A stretch of 35,955 nt of DNA from Nemertoderma westbladi (lineage: Eukaryota; Animalia; Xenacoelomorpha), in contig JAUCBJ010001119.1 in assembly GCA_032718475.1 (NCBI GenBank), positions 1 through 35,955 of the forward strand. The letters run 5' to 3'. How positions within the stretch are numbered: the stretch's first letter is position 1; each line of letters begins with the position of its first letter. The position numbers and the translations under genes were made by a program. This document shows positions 12,301 to 22,425 of the stretch, piece by piece. The notes under the pieces were generated by a model. The model did not search any database. It was not told the DNA's origin and saw nothing but the letters and a program-made list of their open reading frames with translations.

Positions 12301-13325
12301 TCACATCGAATGTAAGTACAGACACCACCACCGTGTCTGTCCCTATCCTTACGTAAAACTACGTAATTATCAATATAAATTTCTCCATCAGAAACACTAT
12401 CATCGAGCCAAGTTTCAGAGATTGTTAAAACTGCTGGGTTGGATTTATTGATTAAAATACGAATTTCGGAAAGTTTTGGAAGCAGAGATCGTGCGTTTAA
12501 GTGCAAAAAATGCAGACCTTTTTTCTTAAAAAAATTAAAAGTTTCACTCTCAGCATCACTTGGAGTTTGCAGAGGCGATGTGAGAAATGAATCGTCGGTT
12601 TCTGATTCTAAAATTGTATCATGAAAGGGAAGTTCGGTAAAAATACAGCTATTGCAGAGAAAACTTGGTTCAAGATTGTTTCTGGTGGAGAATAAATTAC
12701 TGCGTTTCCTACGGTAACATTTTAAATGTACAAATGTGTCACAACTCTCGCATTGGACGATCTTACTCCGAGAGTTTGTTCCTCGTTGACAGACGGGACA
12801 GTTGATCTTCGGGGCCCGCGTCCTGCTGGGTCCTGCAGTCCTGGGTTGGTCTCAATATCCCCAGCCAGAGACAGTAGACAGAGTTTAGCGATTAGGCCTC
12901 TAGATCGTGGAGAGGAGACCCAAGATCTTCTTCCCCGACGAGAGCAGTAGAGGCTAAATCCACTCGTCGACCACATCTCCGTCGATTCGGCGCGGCAGTT
13001 CGAAACGGTAGCGACAGGGTGTTCCGCAAACCAGTCCAATACGGGTATTGGGTGGGTTGCAGGGTTACCCCGCGGAGCGGATGGTTCTGCCACAACGAAA
13101 CGACCCAGAACGATGAAAACTGTGGAGATTAAGAGCGGGGACATTGTGCTGTCTGGCTGTAGTCTGACTCAGGGATAAAAACTGTATAGGCCTAGTACCG
13201 GTATCTTTCTTGGTCTTATTGTCGGCAGGCCTACAGCTTATCAAATATGTGATAGATAGGGGGAGGGATAATCAATTAAAGATTAATCAATAAAATCAAA
13301 TCAAAAAAAATTAATCAATAAAGCA
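9310..13325 (-). mobile_element. CR1/L2-group non-LTR retrotransposon inserted in the 84-bp satellite
   Basis: Minus-strand 3' end AATAAA+(TCTA)n; 3' UTR stem-loop at about 9407-9448; short TSD GTTTAT at 9304-9309 and 13326-13331; satellite resumes in phase; no ORF1 seen. Confidence 0.9.
9640..13144 (-). pseudogene. LINE ORF2: leader + 2A-like peptide + PHD finger + APE endonuclease + RT, with two 1-bp deletions
   Basis: Three segments join after restoring one base at about 12838 and one at about 11706 (about 1168 aa). Motifs: LLSLAGDIETNPG; CPVC-CESC-HLKC-CNSC then ELPF; HLNARSL, ISETWL, YRPP, GDFN, LDH, SDH; NYRPVSIL, DLQKAFDTV, GVPQGSILGP, YADD, KYLG. Confidence 0.9.
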
Positions 13326-13646
13326 GTTTATTGTTTTGGTTCTATCTACCCGCCTCTATAACCTGCTCCTTTACTAACCTGTATAATCTTGTAACATGTG
13401 TTAACTATCGTTTATTGTTTTGGTTCTATCTTCCCGCCTCTATAACCTGCTCATTTACTAACCTGTATACTCTTGTAACATGTGTTAACTATCGTTTATT
13501 GTTTTGGTTCTATCTTCCCGCCTCTATAACCTGCTCCTTTACTAACCTGTATAATCTTGTAACATGTGTTAACTATCGTTTATTGTTTTGGTTCTATCTT
13601 CCCGTCTCTATAGCCTGCTCCTTTACTAACCTGCATAATCTTGTAA
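13326..13646. repeat. 84-bp satellite array, right part (~4 copies)
   Basis: Same unit as 8004-9309, continuing in phase after the LINE. Confidence 0.95.
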
Positions 13647-13659
13647 TACGTTTTATTTA

Positions 13660-14062
13660 CAGATTCAAAATCCCGAATTCCCTATTTCCAAAGTCCAAAT
13701 GATTTACCCAAATTCCTTATTTCCAAATCCTAAATTTCTTATTCCCAGATCCAAAAGGGACGGGTTGTTCAACTGAACCCCGTCAGCGGAAACAGCCAGT
13801 GCCGCTAGTCGGTGGGGTTGACTTGTTAACGAGAGGCTTATTATGAGGCATAATGAGATACGCATTGCGTTTCTTCTTCAGTCAACCAATAATGGCCGAT
13901 CAACAAATAAAAACCGATAATCACTAATATAATGGCAAATCCCAAACTTCATATTCCCAAATCCCAAATACCTTATTCCCAAATCCCAAATACATTATTC
14001 CCAAATCCCAAATACCTTATTCCCAAAACCCAAATACCTCATTCCCAAATACCTTAATCCCA
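13660..14062. repeat. Degenerate 22-bp CCCAAAT-rich minisatellite, left part (interrupted at about 13755-13935)
   Basis: Unit CCTTATTCCCAAATCCCAAATA repeated with variation. Confidence 0.8.
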
Positions 14063-15524
14063 AGTTCATAAGTAAGGTTCACTCGTCGACTCTGGGAATT
14101 ACAGACCAATCTCCTTGCTTTCCGTCTTTAGCAAAATAATTGAACGTTTTATTTATAACCAACTTATTAGTTATCTTTATAAGTTTAAAATAATATGCTC
14201 TAACCAATATGGTTTCCGCAGGAAACACTCCACTTCTCACGCCCTGGTAGATGTTGCCCATAAATTACAGGCTGCTATAGATGATGAATTAACATCATGC
14301 GCCTTGTATATCGATCTTCGCAAGGCCTTTGATACGATAGATCATAAGATTTTGCTCCAAAAAATGGAATCCTATGGTATTCGTGGCACGCCCCTAAAAT
14401 TATTAAATAGCTATCTAGATGGTAGGAAACAGTGTGTTAAATTAAATGGGGTCCGCTCAAGTTACCTGCCAATTATAACAGGAGTTCCGCAGGGTTCCAT
14501 CCTTGGACCCTTGCTGTTCCTGTTGTATATTAATGACCTCCCGTTGGCCTCATCTCTTATTTGCTGTGTTATTTGCTGATGACACCAACAAATTTAAATC
14601 ACATGGCTCTGCCATAAACCTAATCAACATCGTTAATGCCGACCTTGACTCTCTCTCAGAGTGGTTTGCTTCCAACCGCCTTTCACTTAACATCGGTAAA
14701 ACAGTTTATTTTACAGTATTGTAAATTCTAAAGTAGCATATGGTATATTACTCTGGGGTAGTACATACAATACTTTTATTAAGAAAATCCGCATAAAAAT
14801 TATCAAGATCGTGCGCGCGATAACTTTTTCTCCCTGGGATGCACCTTCTATACCGATTTATCGACAACTTGCTATCCTGCCAATTCATTCACTGTATAAA
14901 TTACATGTTGGGAAATTTATGTATCAGGCCTTTACTAACAATTTACCTAGTGGCCTATGTACAGTAATCTATTTCGTCAATCGAATATAGTACATAATTA
15001 TTCTACAAGAAACTCTTCCAACCTTAATTACTTTATCCCACGACTTCGCACCGCACGGGGTCAAATGTCTATTCAATATATGGGCCCGCATATTTGGAAT
15101 AAAATCCCGGCATATATTAAGCGTAACCACACAATTGGTGGTTTTTCCACTGTGTATAAAAAATAATTGCTGTTGTCTGGAGATGATTAAAAATAAAGAT
15201 ATGTAATAAATAAATCTGTTATATTAATATATGGAAAAATTGTTACTATGGATACTATGTATACTACAATCAAAATCCTGTATCATACTAAACTGACGGC
15301 TCATCAATTGCTCTCACTTCATCACTAACACGATCCAATCAGTTCACACACCTCCCTCACCCCGGTGGCAGCAACACTCAAGCTTCGGCTTCTATGCTGT
15401 CACCATCTTCTGTTTCCAGAATCCACCACATATAACACGCTTGGGTTCAATTTTAGTGCAGTGCAATAAATTTCAATGAAAGGTGGTGGAGGGTGTTATA
15501 CAAACGGAAGTAAATAAACGGAAT
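14062..15524 (+). mobile_element. 5'-truncated, decayed CR1/L2-group LINE (RT fragment + 3' UTR)
   Basis: GNYRPISLL, QYGFR, DLRKAFDTID, GVPQGSILGP, YINDL, then FADDT after a frameshift; HNYSTR...WNKIP C-terminus; 3' stem-loop GGTGGCAGCA...TGCTGTCACC (15364-15404); AATAAA near 15513. Boundaries are approximate. Confidence 0.85.
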
Positions 15525-15685
15525 GATTCCAAATCCCAAATACCTTTTTCCCAAAACCCAAATACCTTATTCCAAAATCACAAATCCTAAATACCTTATT
15601 CCCAAATCCCAAATACCTTATTTCCAAATACCTTATTCCCAAATCCCATATCCCTTATTCCCAGATTCCTTAATCCCAAATCCCA
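15525..15685. repeat. 22-bp CCCAAAT-rich minisatellite, right part
   Basis: Same unit resumes right after the LINE tail. Confidence 0.8.
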
Positions 15686-16682
15686 CATGGTATTTGCGTC
15701 CAGTTTCTCCCCCTGTCTCTGTTTTCTATGGAGGGTGATTTTCGATCGATTTTAATACAAATTTAATCTACATAATTGTAAGGTTCAATAATTTTTGTGC
15801 ACAATAAAGTCAATTGATTAATATTAATTAAGAAAACAATATGAACAATGTGAAATAAATTCGAAATATAATTTTAACTTTAGACAAATGTTTAATTTAC
15901 AAATAATTGTATAATTAATATTATTACAAAATTGATTGCATAAGTTATATCTATGTAACTTTAATATATATACAAGTCACCACAAAAGTTTAAGCAAAGG
16001 CTGACTGACTAAAGGTCATTCAACAATATTTAATGTTTAAAGTTTAGAGTTTAATGATTGTCAATTAATGAGTTCATCAATAACCGGAATTTGATATGTT
16101 TCGCTCTACAATCATTTCTCACCTGGCTTTTATCAATTGAAATCGGAGAGTCAAGCGCGTCTTTTAACACTAAAACAATTATAAATAATACTGTTTGCAA
16201 TTTTGCACACTTGGTAGATTGCCTGACCCCGTATGCAACTCAGCCCTAGCCACCTATTGAATTGTAGTTTGTAGTATCGGAGTAGGCCTATTGCTTTATT
16301 GTTGCATTCATTGAAGTTCATTACGTTGAGTAAACCTACCGCTGTACAACTCGTACGCTACTGGTGACCGGTACACATTTCAACTTAATGAAGCACTGTG
16401 TAGTGACGTCAAATATGTAGAAGCTAATCACAGCCGATTTTCAAAATCATTTTGACTTCCCGCGCTTACTTAAACCAACCATTTCTAACGTTTCCTCGTG
16501 ATTTTATCAAAAACACACCCCGCCACTCGATTCAGGGCACCTCGTTACCCCTTATACCTCTCGCAAGTAGGCCGATTAATTAATTTATTACTGTAAAGAC
16601 AGCTATAGATGGTCACTGCTGCTTGAACTCAAAGGTCGAACACATCTCTTCGAAATGATAAAAACACAAGCCAGGTACTAGC

Positions 16683-16743
16683 TGTTTGTTTGGCATGTTG
16701 TTTGTTTGTTTGTTTGTTTGTTTGTTCGTCGTCGTCGTCGTCA

Positions 16744-16774
<31 letters not shown>

Positions 16775-16797
16775 TGTCGTTGTTGTCGTCGTCGTCA
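16683..16797. repeat. Compound microsatellite (GTTT)n-(GTC)n
   Basis: Directly visible; explains the poly-S and poly-T ORFs. Confidence 0.9.
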
Positions 16798-17158
16798 ACG
16801 CGACAAACGCAACGAGTTTACAGTGGATACGAGTATACATCTGCTAAAATCAGCATAAATCACTCTCACAGTTTCGAGTTAGAAAGGTTTTTATAGTTAA
16901 AGTTAAATCAAGGTCTTTAGTCTCCCTTTAGGAAAATTATTTTAAGACAAAACAGGACGAGCGCAACAAGGCTAATGAAGGAGAAATTGGCATTATGTTA
17001 TAAGGTGCACTGCTGTTGGCTTTAAGATGGCAATATTCATAGATCAGTATTAGTTACAGTATTACTCTCACTAACTGTGTGTTTGTAATAGAAATTACAG
17101 TAGCCATCTGTTAGCGCCTCTGTCGAAATCCAATGTAAATATTTATTAGGTAACTGAG

Positions 17159-17280
17159 TGTGGGGCGAGCCACGAAGTGAGCGAATCCTTAGCATATGGG
17201 TTCCATTAACAAGTTGTCTGTCGTCGTCATCGTCGCCATTGTCGTCGTCTTCGTCGACGTCGTAAATTTTTGATCGCTAA
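17159..17280 (+). mobile_element. 5' fragment related to the DINE/HINE-like element at 23700
   Basis: Shares TGTGGGGCGAGCCACGAAGT...CCTTAGC followed by a degenerate (GTC)n tract. Confidence 0.6.
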
Positions 17281-17775
17281 TTATTTTAATTAAATTATTT
17301 TAAAATTATTTTAAGACAAAACAGGACGAGCGCAACAAGGCTAATGAAAGAGAAGAGTATTGTAAAACTAAAAATGTCATACTTAACTTAAATAGCCCTA
17401 GTTAGAATGTTTACAAATGACAGTTAAAGTTTATAAGGGCAAACTGAAATGGATCTCTCTTTTTACAACTAGTTTGTCACAAACTGAGGCTTCGCCTTTG
17501 CTCATATTTTTTTCGTATATATGGTAGAGATTAGTATAATGTACTTTCTAATATAAGCTCTCATGATGCGCGAAGGCCCCACGAACGTGTATCTCAACTG
17601 ATTATAAATAATGGCCTTATATTTCATTTCCAGTCATTTTAATTTTGAATATCTCGTGATTTATAAAAATGTACAAAAATTGTGATACACCGTTCAAAAG
17701 GTAAATTAATGTGATTTGTTGATTGACTCCTTCTCTGTACTGTTTTAATTTCAGTTTTAATTAATTTGGTAGTTG

Positions 17776-18015
17776 GCAGTAATTATTATTAATGTAATTA
17801 TTAATGTGTATCAATAACTTGGTATTCTATACATACAGCAGTAATTATTATTAATGTAATTATTAATGTGTATCAATAACTTGGTATTCTATACATACAG
17901 CAGTAATTATTATTAATGTAATTATTAATGTGTATCAATAACTTGGTATTCTATACATACAGCAGTAATTATTATTAATGTAATTATTAATGTGTATCAA
18001 TAACTTGGTATTCTA
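17776..18015. repeat. 62-bp AT-rich minisatellite, left part
   Basis: Unit AGTAATTATTATTAATGTAATTATTAATGTGTATCAATAACTTGGTATTCTATACATACAGC, ~4 copies. Confidence 0.95.
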
Positions 18016-18327
18016 TTTTACTTTTATATGCCAGTATGCAGGTTAAGTGAAATTATTATAATTAAATTAATTGATATCAAAATATTCAATTTTACAATAT
18101 GATATACCGGTACCTAGTGTTGTAGGGCTGCAGGTTCCGTTGAGCGCCATTGCGCCGGTACTGCAGTGTACGGTACATTAACAGTAGTAGTAAGTACAGT
18201 CACAGTCTGATAGTAGATACTATAGAGAAAAAAGGGGTTGGCGGGGAATTCAAATTAACAGTCCATGTACACATGTACAGTACACCCTTATTAAATGCGC
18301 AGATGTGTATAATGTATATTTCTAACA
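18016..18327 (-). repeat. Copia 3' LTR
   Basis: Direct repeat of 22426-22737; preceded on the minus strand by PPT TGAGGGGGAG (18328-18337), which overlaps the pol stop codon. Confidence 0.95.
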
Positions 18328-18334
18328 CTCCCCC

Positions 18335-21300
18335 TCAAATCTGCGAATGAATTCCGATCAGATCCCGGAACATAGTCAGTTTTGGTTTGGCGAGGGCTTT
18401 CGTAAGAATGTCTGCTAACATGGCATCCGTAGGACAATACTGGAGCTCGAGGTCATGAGTAATGAGTAGGTCTCGCACGTGGTGGTACTTGATGTCTATA
18501 TGTTTGGTACGGGCATGACCAATGGGGTTCTTGGCCAGTTTGATTGCACCCTGATTATCACTGAATATTACCAAGCTGCAGAGTTCAGGGTGCTGCATCT
18601 CTACAAGGAGGCGATTGAGCCAAACACGCTCTTGGGCGGCCTGGCTGAGGGCATAATACTCGGCCTCACATGTTGACAATGCAACAACAGATTGTTGTTT
18701 GGATCTCCAAGTAACAGGTGCGCCACCTAGGAGAAAGATATAGGCAGAAGTGGATTTACGAGTGGCTCGGTCTCCTGCCCAATCAGCGTCAGAATATCCC
18801 ACTAGTTGATCGTTATCAGAACGAGTATATATGATTGAATGATTAACAGTGCCACTTATATAACGTAGGACGCGCCTGGCAGCAGTATGGTGAGCTTCAG
18901 TTGGTTTACACATATGCTTGCCAAGCTGAGATACAGCATAAGCGATGTCTGGTCGTGTGCCGAGAGCTGCATAAAGAAGGCTTCCAACAATGGATTGGTA
19001 TTCCTGCAGTCGAATGGGTTCTGCATCTAGGGCGGCAGGCTCAAGGCAAGAGTTCGCATCCATTGGGATGGGTGCAGAATGACAATTGCCCATGTTGAAG
19101 CGCTCGAGTACTTCTGTCAGATAGCGCTTTTGTGATAATGTGGTAGTGCCAGCTTTGCGATCTTTTGAGATACAAATGCCTAGCACATAATGGAGCTCTC
19201 CCTGGTCGACAGTCTCGAAACCATCTTTTAGAATGGATTTTTTATGCTCAAGGAAAGTGAGGTCAGTAGCAGCAATGATGAGGTCATCAACATACACGGT
19301 AAGTAGTATGAGCCCCTTGTCCACATACTTAAAATACAAGCACTGTTCACTTAGACAGCGTGTGTAACCGGAGGCCTTGAGGAATTTATCTAGTTTGGTA
19401 TTCCAACATCGACCTGACTGCTTCAGTCCGTAGAGACTGCGCTTTATCTTACAGACTGCAGTGCGATGGTTTGGGTCAACAAAACCCTCAGGCTGGGACA
19501 TGTAAATGTCAGCGTCAATGTCGCCATTGAGATAGGCAGTTTTAATATCCATCTGATGGATTTCCATTCCAAGTTGGTTGGCCACCGCAATGAGAAGTCG
19601 AATGGAGTCGTAGCGTGCGACTGGAGAATATGTTTCCCCAAAGTCAATACCGTTTTTCTGGCTATAACCCTTGGCAACAATGCGTGCCTTGTAGCGGGCG
19701 ACATTACCAAGTGCATCCTGTTTGATGCGGAATATCCATTTTGATCCAATGACATTGGCGCCTGGTGGTCGTTCAACGAGTTCCCAGACATCTCGGTTAA
19801 TCATGGAGTGATACTCATCTTGAGCAGCAGTAATCCAGTCGTTTGCGTGGTTACTCCTTAGCGCCTCCTTCATGGTGGCAGGTTCAGAGTTATCGAATGC
19901 AATAAACACATAGTTTACTTCATCCATCCCATCGTCAATGTCATCATGATCATCGTATTTTACGATGCCAAGACGGACTGGAGGTACACCTTGGTTGGTT
20001 CGAGTGGATCTCCGAAGTGGAACGGGTGGTTCATCATCGTCATCTGAGGAATCAGACTTTAAATCAGCAATATTAACCGGCCCTGTGAGTGGGGTGGATG
20101 GTTCCACCTGATCATCATGAAGGTACTCAAATGAGGAGTAGTCGCCTTTCATACGCTCACCGAATGTGTTTTCCTGAAAAGTGACATTGCGGGAGATAAT
20201 GATCTGTTTACCAGTGACAGACTGACAAAGTTTGTAGGCCTTGGCATGTTGTGAATGACCGACATATCGGCACCGTATTGATTTAGGTTGCAATTTATTG
20301 CGTGCAGTTCGTTCAACGTGAACGTATGCGTCACAACCCCAAACGCGAAGAGTTGACACATCTGGTTTGTGACCATTAAATACCTCGAATGGCACCTTAT
20401 CAGGAATCGCCGAGGTGGGTGACATATTTCGGATGAGTGCTGCATGGACCACGGCTTCGGTCCACCACTCAGGAGGCATCTGGGCGTGGCACAATATCGA
20501 TCGAACCATCTCTAAGAGTGTGCGATTCATTCGTTCAGCAATGCCATTTTGCTGTGGTGTGTGTGGTACTGTCAGTTCGCGTTTAATGCCATGTTTGTTG
20601 CAGTAGTCCTTGAATTGCTGAGATACGTACTCGCCTCCATTATCGGAACGCAAGCACTTGACACGTTTGCCTGTGCGTGTTTCTTCTGCTGTAACGTACT
20701 TGACAAATTTGCCGAATACATCAGATTTTTGAGCAATAGGATACACAACAACATAACGAGAATGATGGTCTATAAAAGTGACGAAGTAACGAGATCCCCC
20801 AATCGAGTCGACTGGCATTTTGCCACAGACATCTGATGACACAATTTGAAGTATGTCAGTTGTGACACGTGTGGATTCGCTGAATGGCAGTTTTGTTTGT
20901 TTGCCTTCCATGCACGATGTACAGAGTTCAGTGTTTCCTCCAGAAGAAGGATGGAAACCCGTGACGAGTTCCTTGGATTGAAGTTGCTGCAGTGCAGGGT
21001 AGTGCAGATGACCAAAACGTGCATGCCATGTTTTGCGATTTACAGTACTTATCTCATTGCTGGTGAGTGCGGCAACACTTGTTGGTTGATTTAGGATTAG
21101 CAAGTTTCCGTGGCGGGAGCCAGTAGCATGTACTGTCCCATTTATGGAGAACTGCACAGTCTGTTGTTTGCCAGAGAATAAGATATCAGCACCCGCATCC
21201 ATTGCCTTGGGTATGGATAGGAGGTTGCATGCGATCTCAGGAATAAAATAACATGTCTGTAGTAGAATGGCATTGGGCACAGACTGCAGTGCACATTTTC

Positions 21301-22336
21301 CAACATGGTTGGACATTAGTTTATGGCCATCTCCTACGTGTATCTCGAACGGTGGGTCGAGTGGTTGTATGTCGTGCAGTAGTGACAGTTCATTGCATAG
21401 GTGAGTCGTAGCACCACTGTCGATCACCCATTTTCCAAGAGTACGTTTTCCCCCTATCAGGAAGAACATTGAGAAGCCATCAGCTCCTTTTTGCTGTTTT
21501 CCATCAGTGTGTGGATTGGAAGACACAGCAGGTTTATTCTTATTGCGACTGTAACAATCTCTGTTCCAGTGCCCTGCTTTACCACAATGGATGCAAGGTC
21601 CTGGTGGTTTACGGGGAGTGGTGTTATTAGTCTTACGTAAATTACCACTTCGTCCAGATGGCTGCTTTGTCTGTTGCTGAGTTGGAGGCATAGCGTACGC
21701 CTGCTCCATTGGTTTGCCCAGCTTGATGGGGTGCAAACGCTGTTCCTCAGTCTCGAGACGGGCCAGAACGTCATCAAAAGTTAATGATGATGGGTCGGAA
21801 CTCTCCAGTAATGTGACAACAGTGTTGTAAATTTTGGCGCAGGATGCGGATAATACCATGGCGAAATCTGCGTCATTTTTGATATCGAAACCGCCTGCTT
21901 GGATAACAGCGTTTCGTGCTTCCCGAAGTGCACTGGCATGATCACGTAGCGTTTCGCCACGCTGTAGTTCCTTGTGGAACAATGCATGCATAGCCATTAC
22001 TTTGCCAGCGATCGACTTGTCCTGATAGAGTGCAGCGAGTTTTGTCCACGCTTGGGCGGAAGTTTCCACATCTGGAATATTCGCATTGACGTCATCAGTG
22101 CAGGCAACGTTGATGGCCAGTAGGGCGGATGAATCCATGCAGACCCATGTTTCGTGGCGGCCGGGTAGATCGCCCGGTGTGATGGCGACTGTCGGATATG
22201 GGAATGTTCCCTCGACATAGGCCATTAACTTCTTCGTTTTGAAGAATAATTTTATCTTAGTGCGCCATGCAGGATAGTTAGACTTGCCCTTCAGATGAGC
22301 GATTTGCTTCAGCATAGAATCGCTTGTAGTTGCCAT
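18335..22336 (-). CDS. Copia Gag-Pol polyprotein (Gag, zinc knuckle, protease, integrase, RT, RNase H), 1333 aa
   Basis: CIHCGKAGHWNRDC knuckle; WVIDSGAT protease; WHARFGH...CTSC; SDVCG / SDNGGEY / AERMNR integrase; YGLKQS, YVDD RT; YSDADW, EAEY, DNQGA, ADILTK RNase H. PR-IN-RT-RH order is diagnostic of Copia. Confidence 0.97.
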   Translation of the reverse strand: MATTSDSMLKQIAHLKGKSNYPAWRTKIKLFFKTKKLMAYVEGTFPYPTVAITPGDLPGRHETWVCMDSSALLAINVACTDDVNANIPDVETSAQAWTKLAALYQDKSIAGKVMAMHALFHKELQRGETLRDHASALREARNAVIQAGGFDIKNDADFAMVLSASCAKIYNTVVTLLESSDPSSLTFDDVLARLETEEQRLHPIKLGKPMEQAYAMPPTQQQTKQPSGRSGNLRKTNNTTPRKPPGPCIHCGKAGHWNRDCYSRNKNKPAVSSNPHTDGKQQKGADGFSMFFLIGGKRTLGKWVIDSGATTHLCNELSLLHDIQPLDPPFEIHVGDGHKLMSNHVGKCALQSVPNAILLQTCYFIPEIACNLLSIPKAMDAGADILFSGKQQTVQFSINGTVHATGSRHGNLLILNQPTSVAALTSNEISTVNRKTWHARFGHLHYPALQQLQSKELVTGFHPSSGGNTELCTSCMEGKQTKLPFSESTRVTTDILQIVSSDVCGKMPVDSIGGSRYFVTFIDHHSRYVVVYPIAQKSDVFGKFVKYVTAEETRTGKRVKCLRSDNGGEYVSQQFKDYCNKHGIKRELTVPHTPQQNGIAERMNRTLLEMVRSILCHAQMPPEWWTEAVVHAALIRNMSPTSAIPDKVPFEVFNGHKPDVSTLRVWGCDAYVHVERTARNKLQPKSIRCRYVGHSQHAKAYKLCQSVTGKQIIISRNVTFQENTFGERMKGDYSSFEYLHDDQVEPSTPLTGPVNIADLKSDSSDDDDEPPVPLRRSTRTNQGVPPVRLGIVKYDDHDDIDDGMDEVNYVFIAFDNSEPATMKEALRSNHANDWITAAQDEYHSMINRDVWELVERPPGANVIGSKWIFRIKQDALGNVARYKARIVAKGYSQKNGIDFGETYSPVARYDSIRLLIAVANQLGMEIHQMDIKTAYLNGDIDADIYMSQPEGFVDPNHRTAVCKIKRSLYGLKQSGRCWNTKLDKFLKASGYTRCLSEQCLYFKYVDKGLILLTVYVDDLIIAATDLTFLEHKKSILKDGFETVDQGELHYVLGICISKDRKAGTTTLSQKRYLTEVLERFNMGNCHSAPIPMDANSCLEPAALDAEPIRLQEYQSIVGSLLYAALGTRPDIAYAVSQLGKHMCKPTEAHHTAARRVLRYISGTVNHSIIYTRSDNDQLVGYSDADWAGDRATRKSTSAYIFLLGGAPVTWRSKQQSVVALSTCEAEYYALSQAAQERVWLNRLLVEMQHPELCSLVIFSDNQGAIKLAKNPIGHARTKHIDIKYHHVRDLLITHDLELQYCPTDAMLADILTKALAKPKLTMFRDLIGIHSQI

Positions 22337-22410
22337 CCTGAATTGGAATTAATGAGTTCTGAATATTTGATTTGAAAAATTACAGTCAGGCTGAACGCGC
22401 AAAGACGTGA

Positions 22411-22425
22411 CTGGAGCCCATAACC
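22411..22425 (-). other. Primer-binding site of the Drosophila-copia type (internal tRNA-iMet fragment)
   Basis: Minus strand GGTTATGGGCTCCAG directly abuts the 5' LTR; matches the copia-type GGTTATGGGCCCAG with one extra T. Confidence 0.85.

Noticed and set aside
8004-13646. CRISPR-like appearance, and repetitive MFWFYLPASITCSF ORFs
   Set aside because: Head-to-tail monomers with no unique spacers and no cas genes; the ORFs are artefacts of an 84-bp period and break at 83-bp units.
13858-13890. Minus-strand hammerhead-like CTGAAGA-A-GAAACGC..GCGTA
   Set aside because: Only one base where stem II should be, and no convincing stem I; cannot fold as a hammerhead as written.
16250-16560. Promoter-like words (TGACGTCA, ACTACAA)
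   Set aside because: Short motifs expected by chance, with no associated gene.
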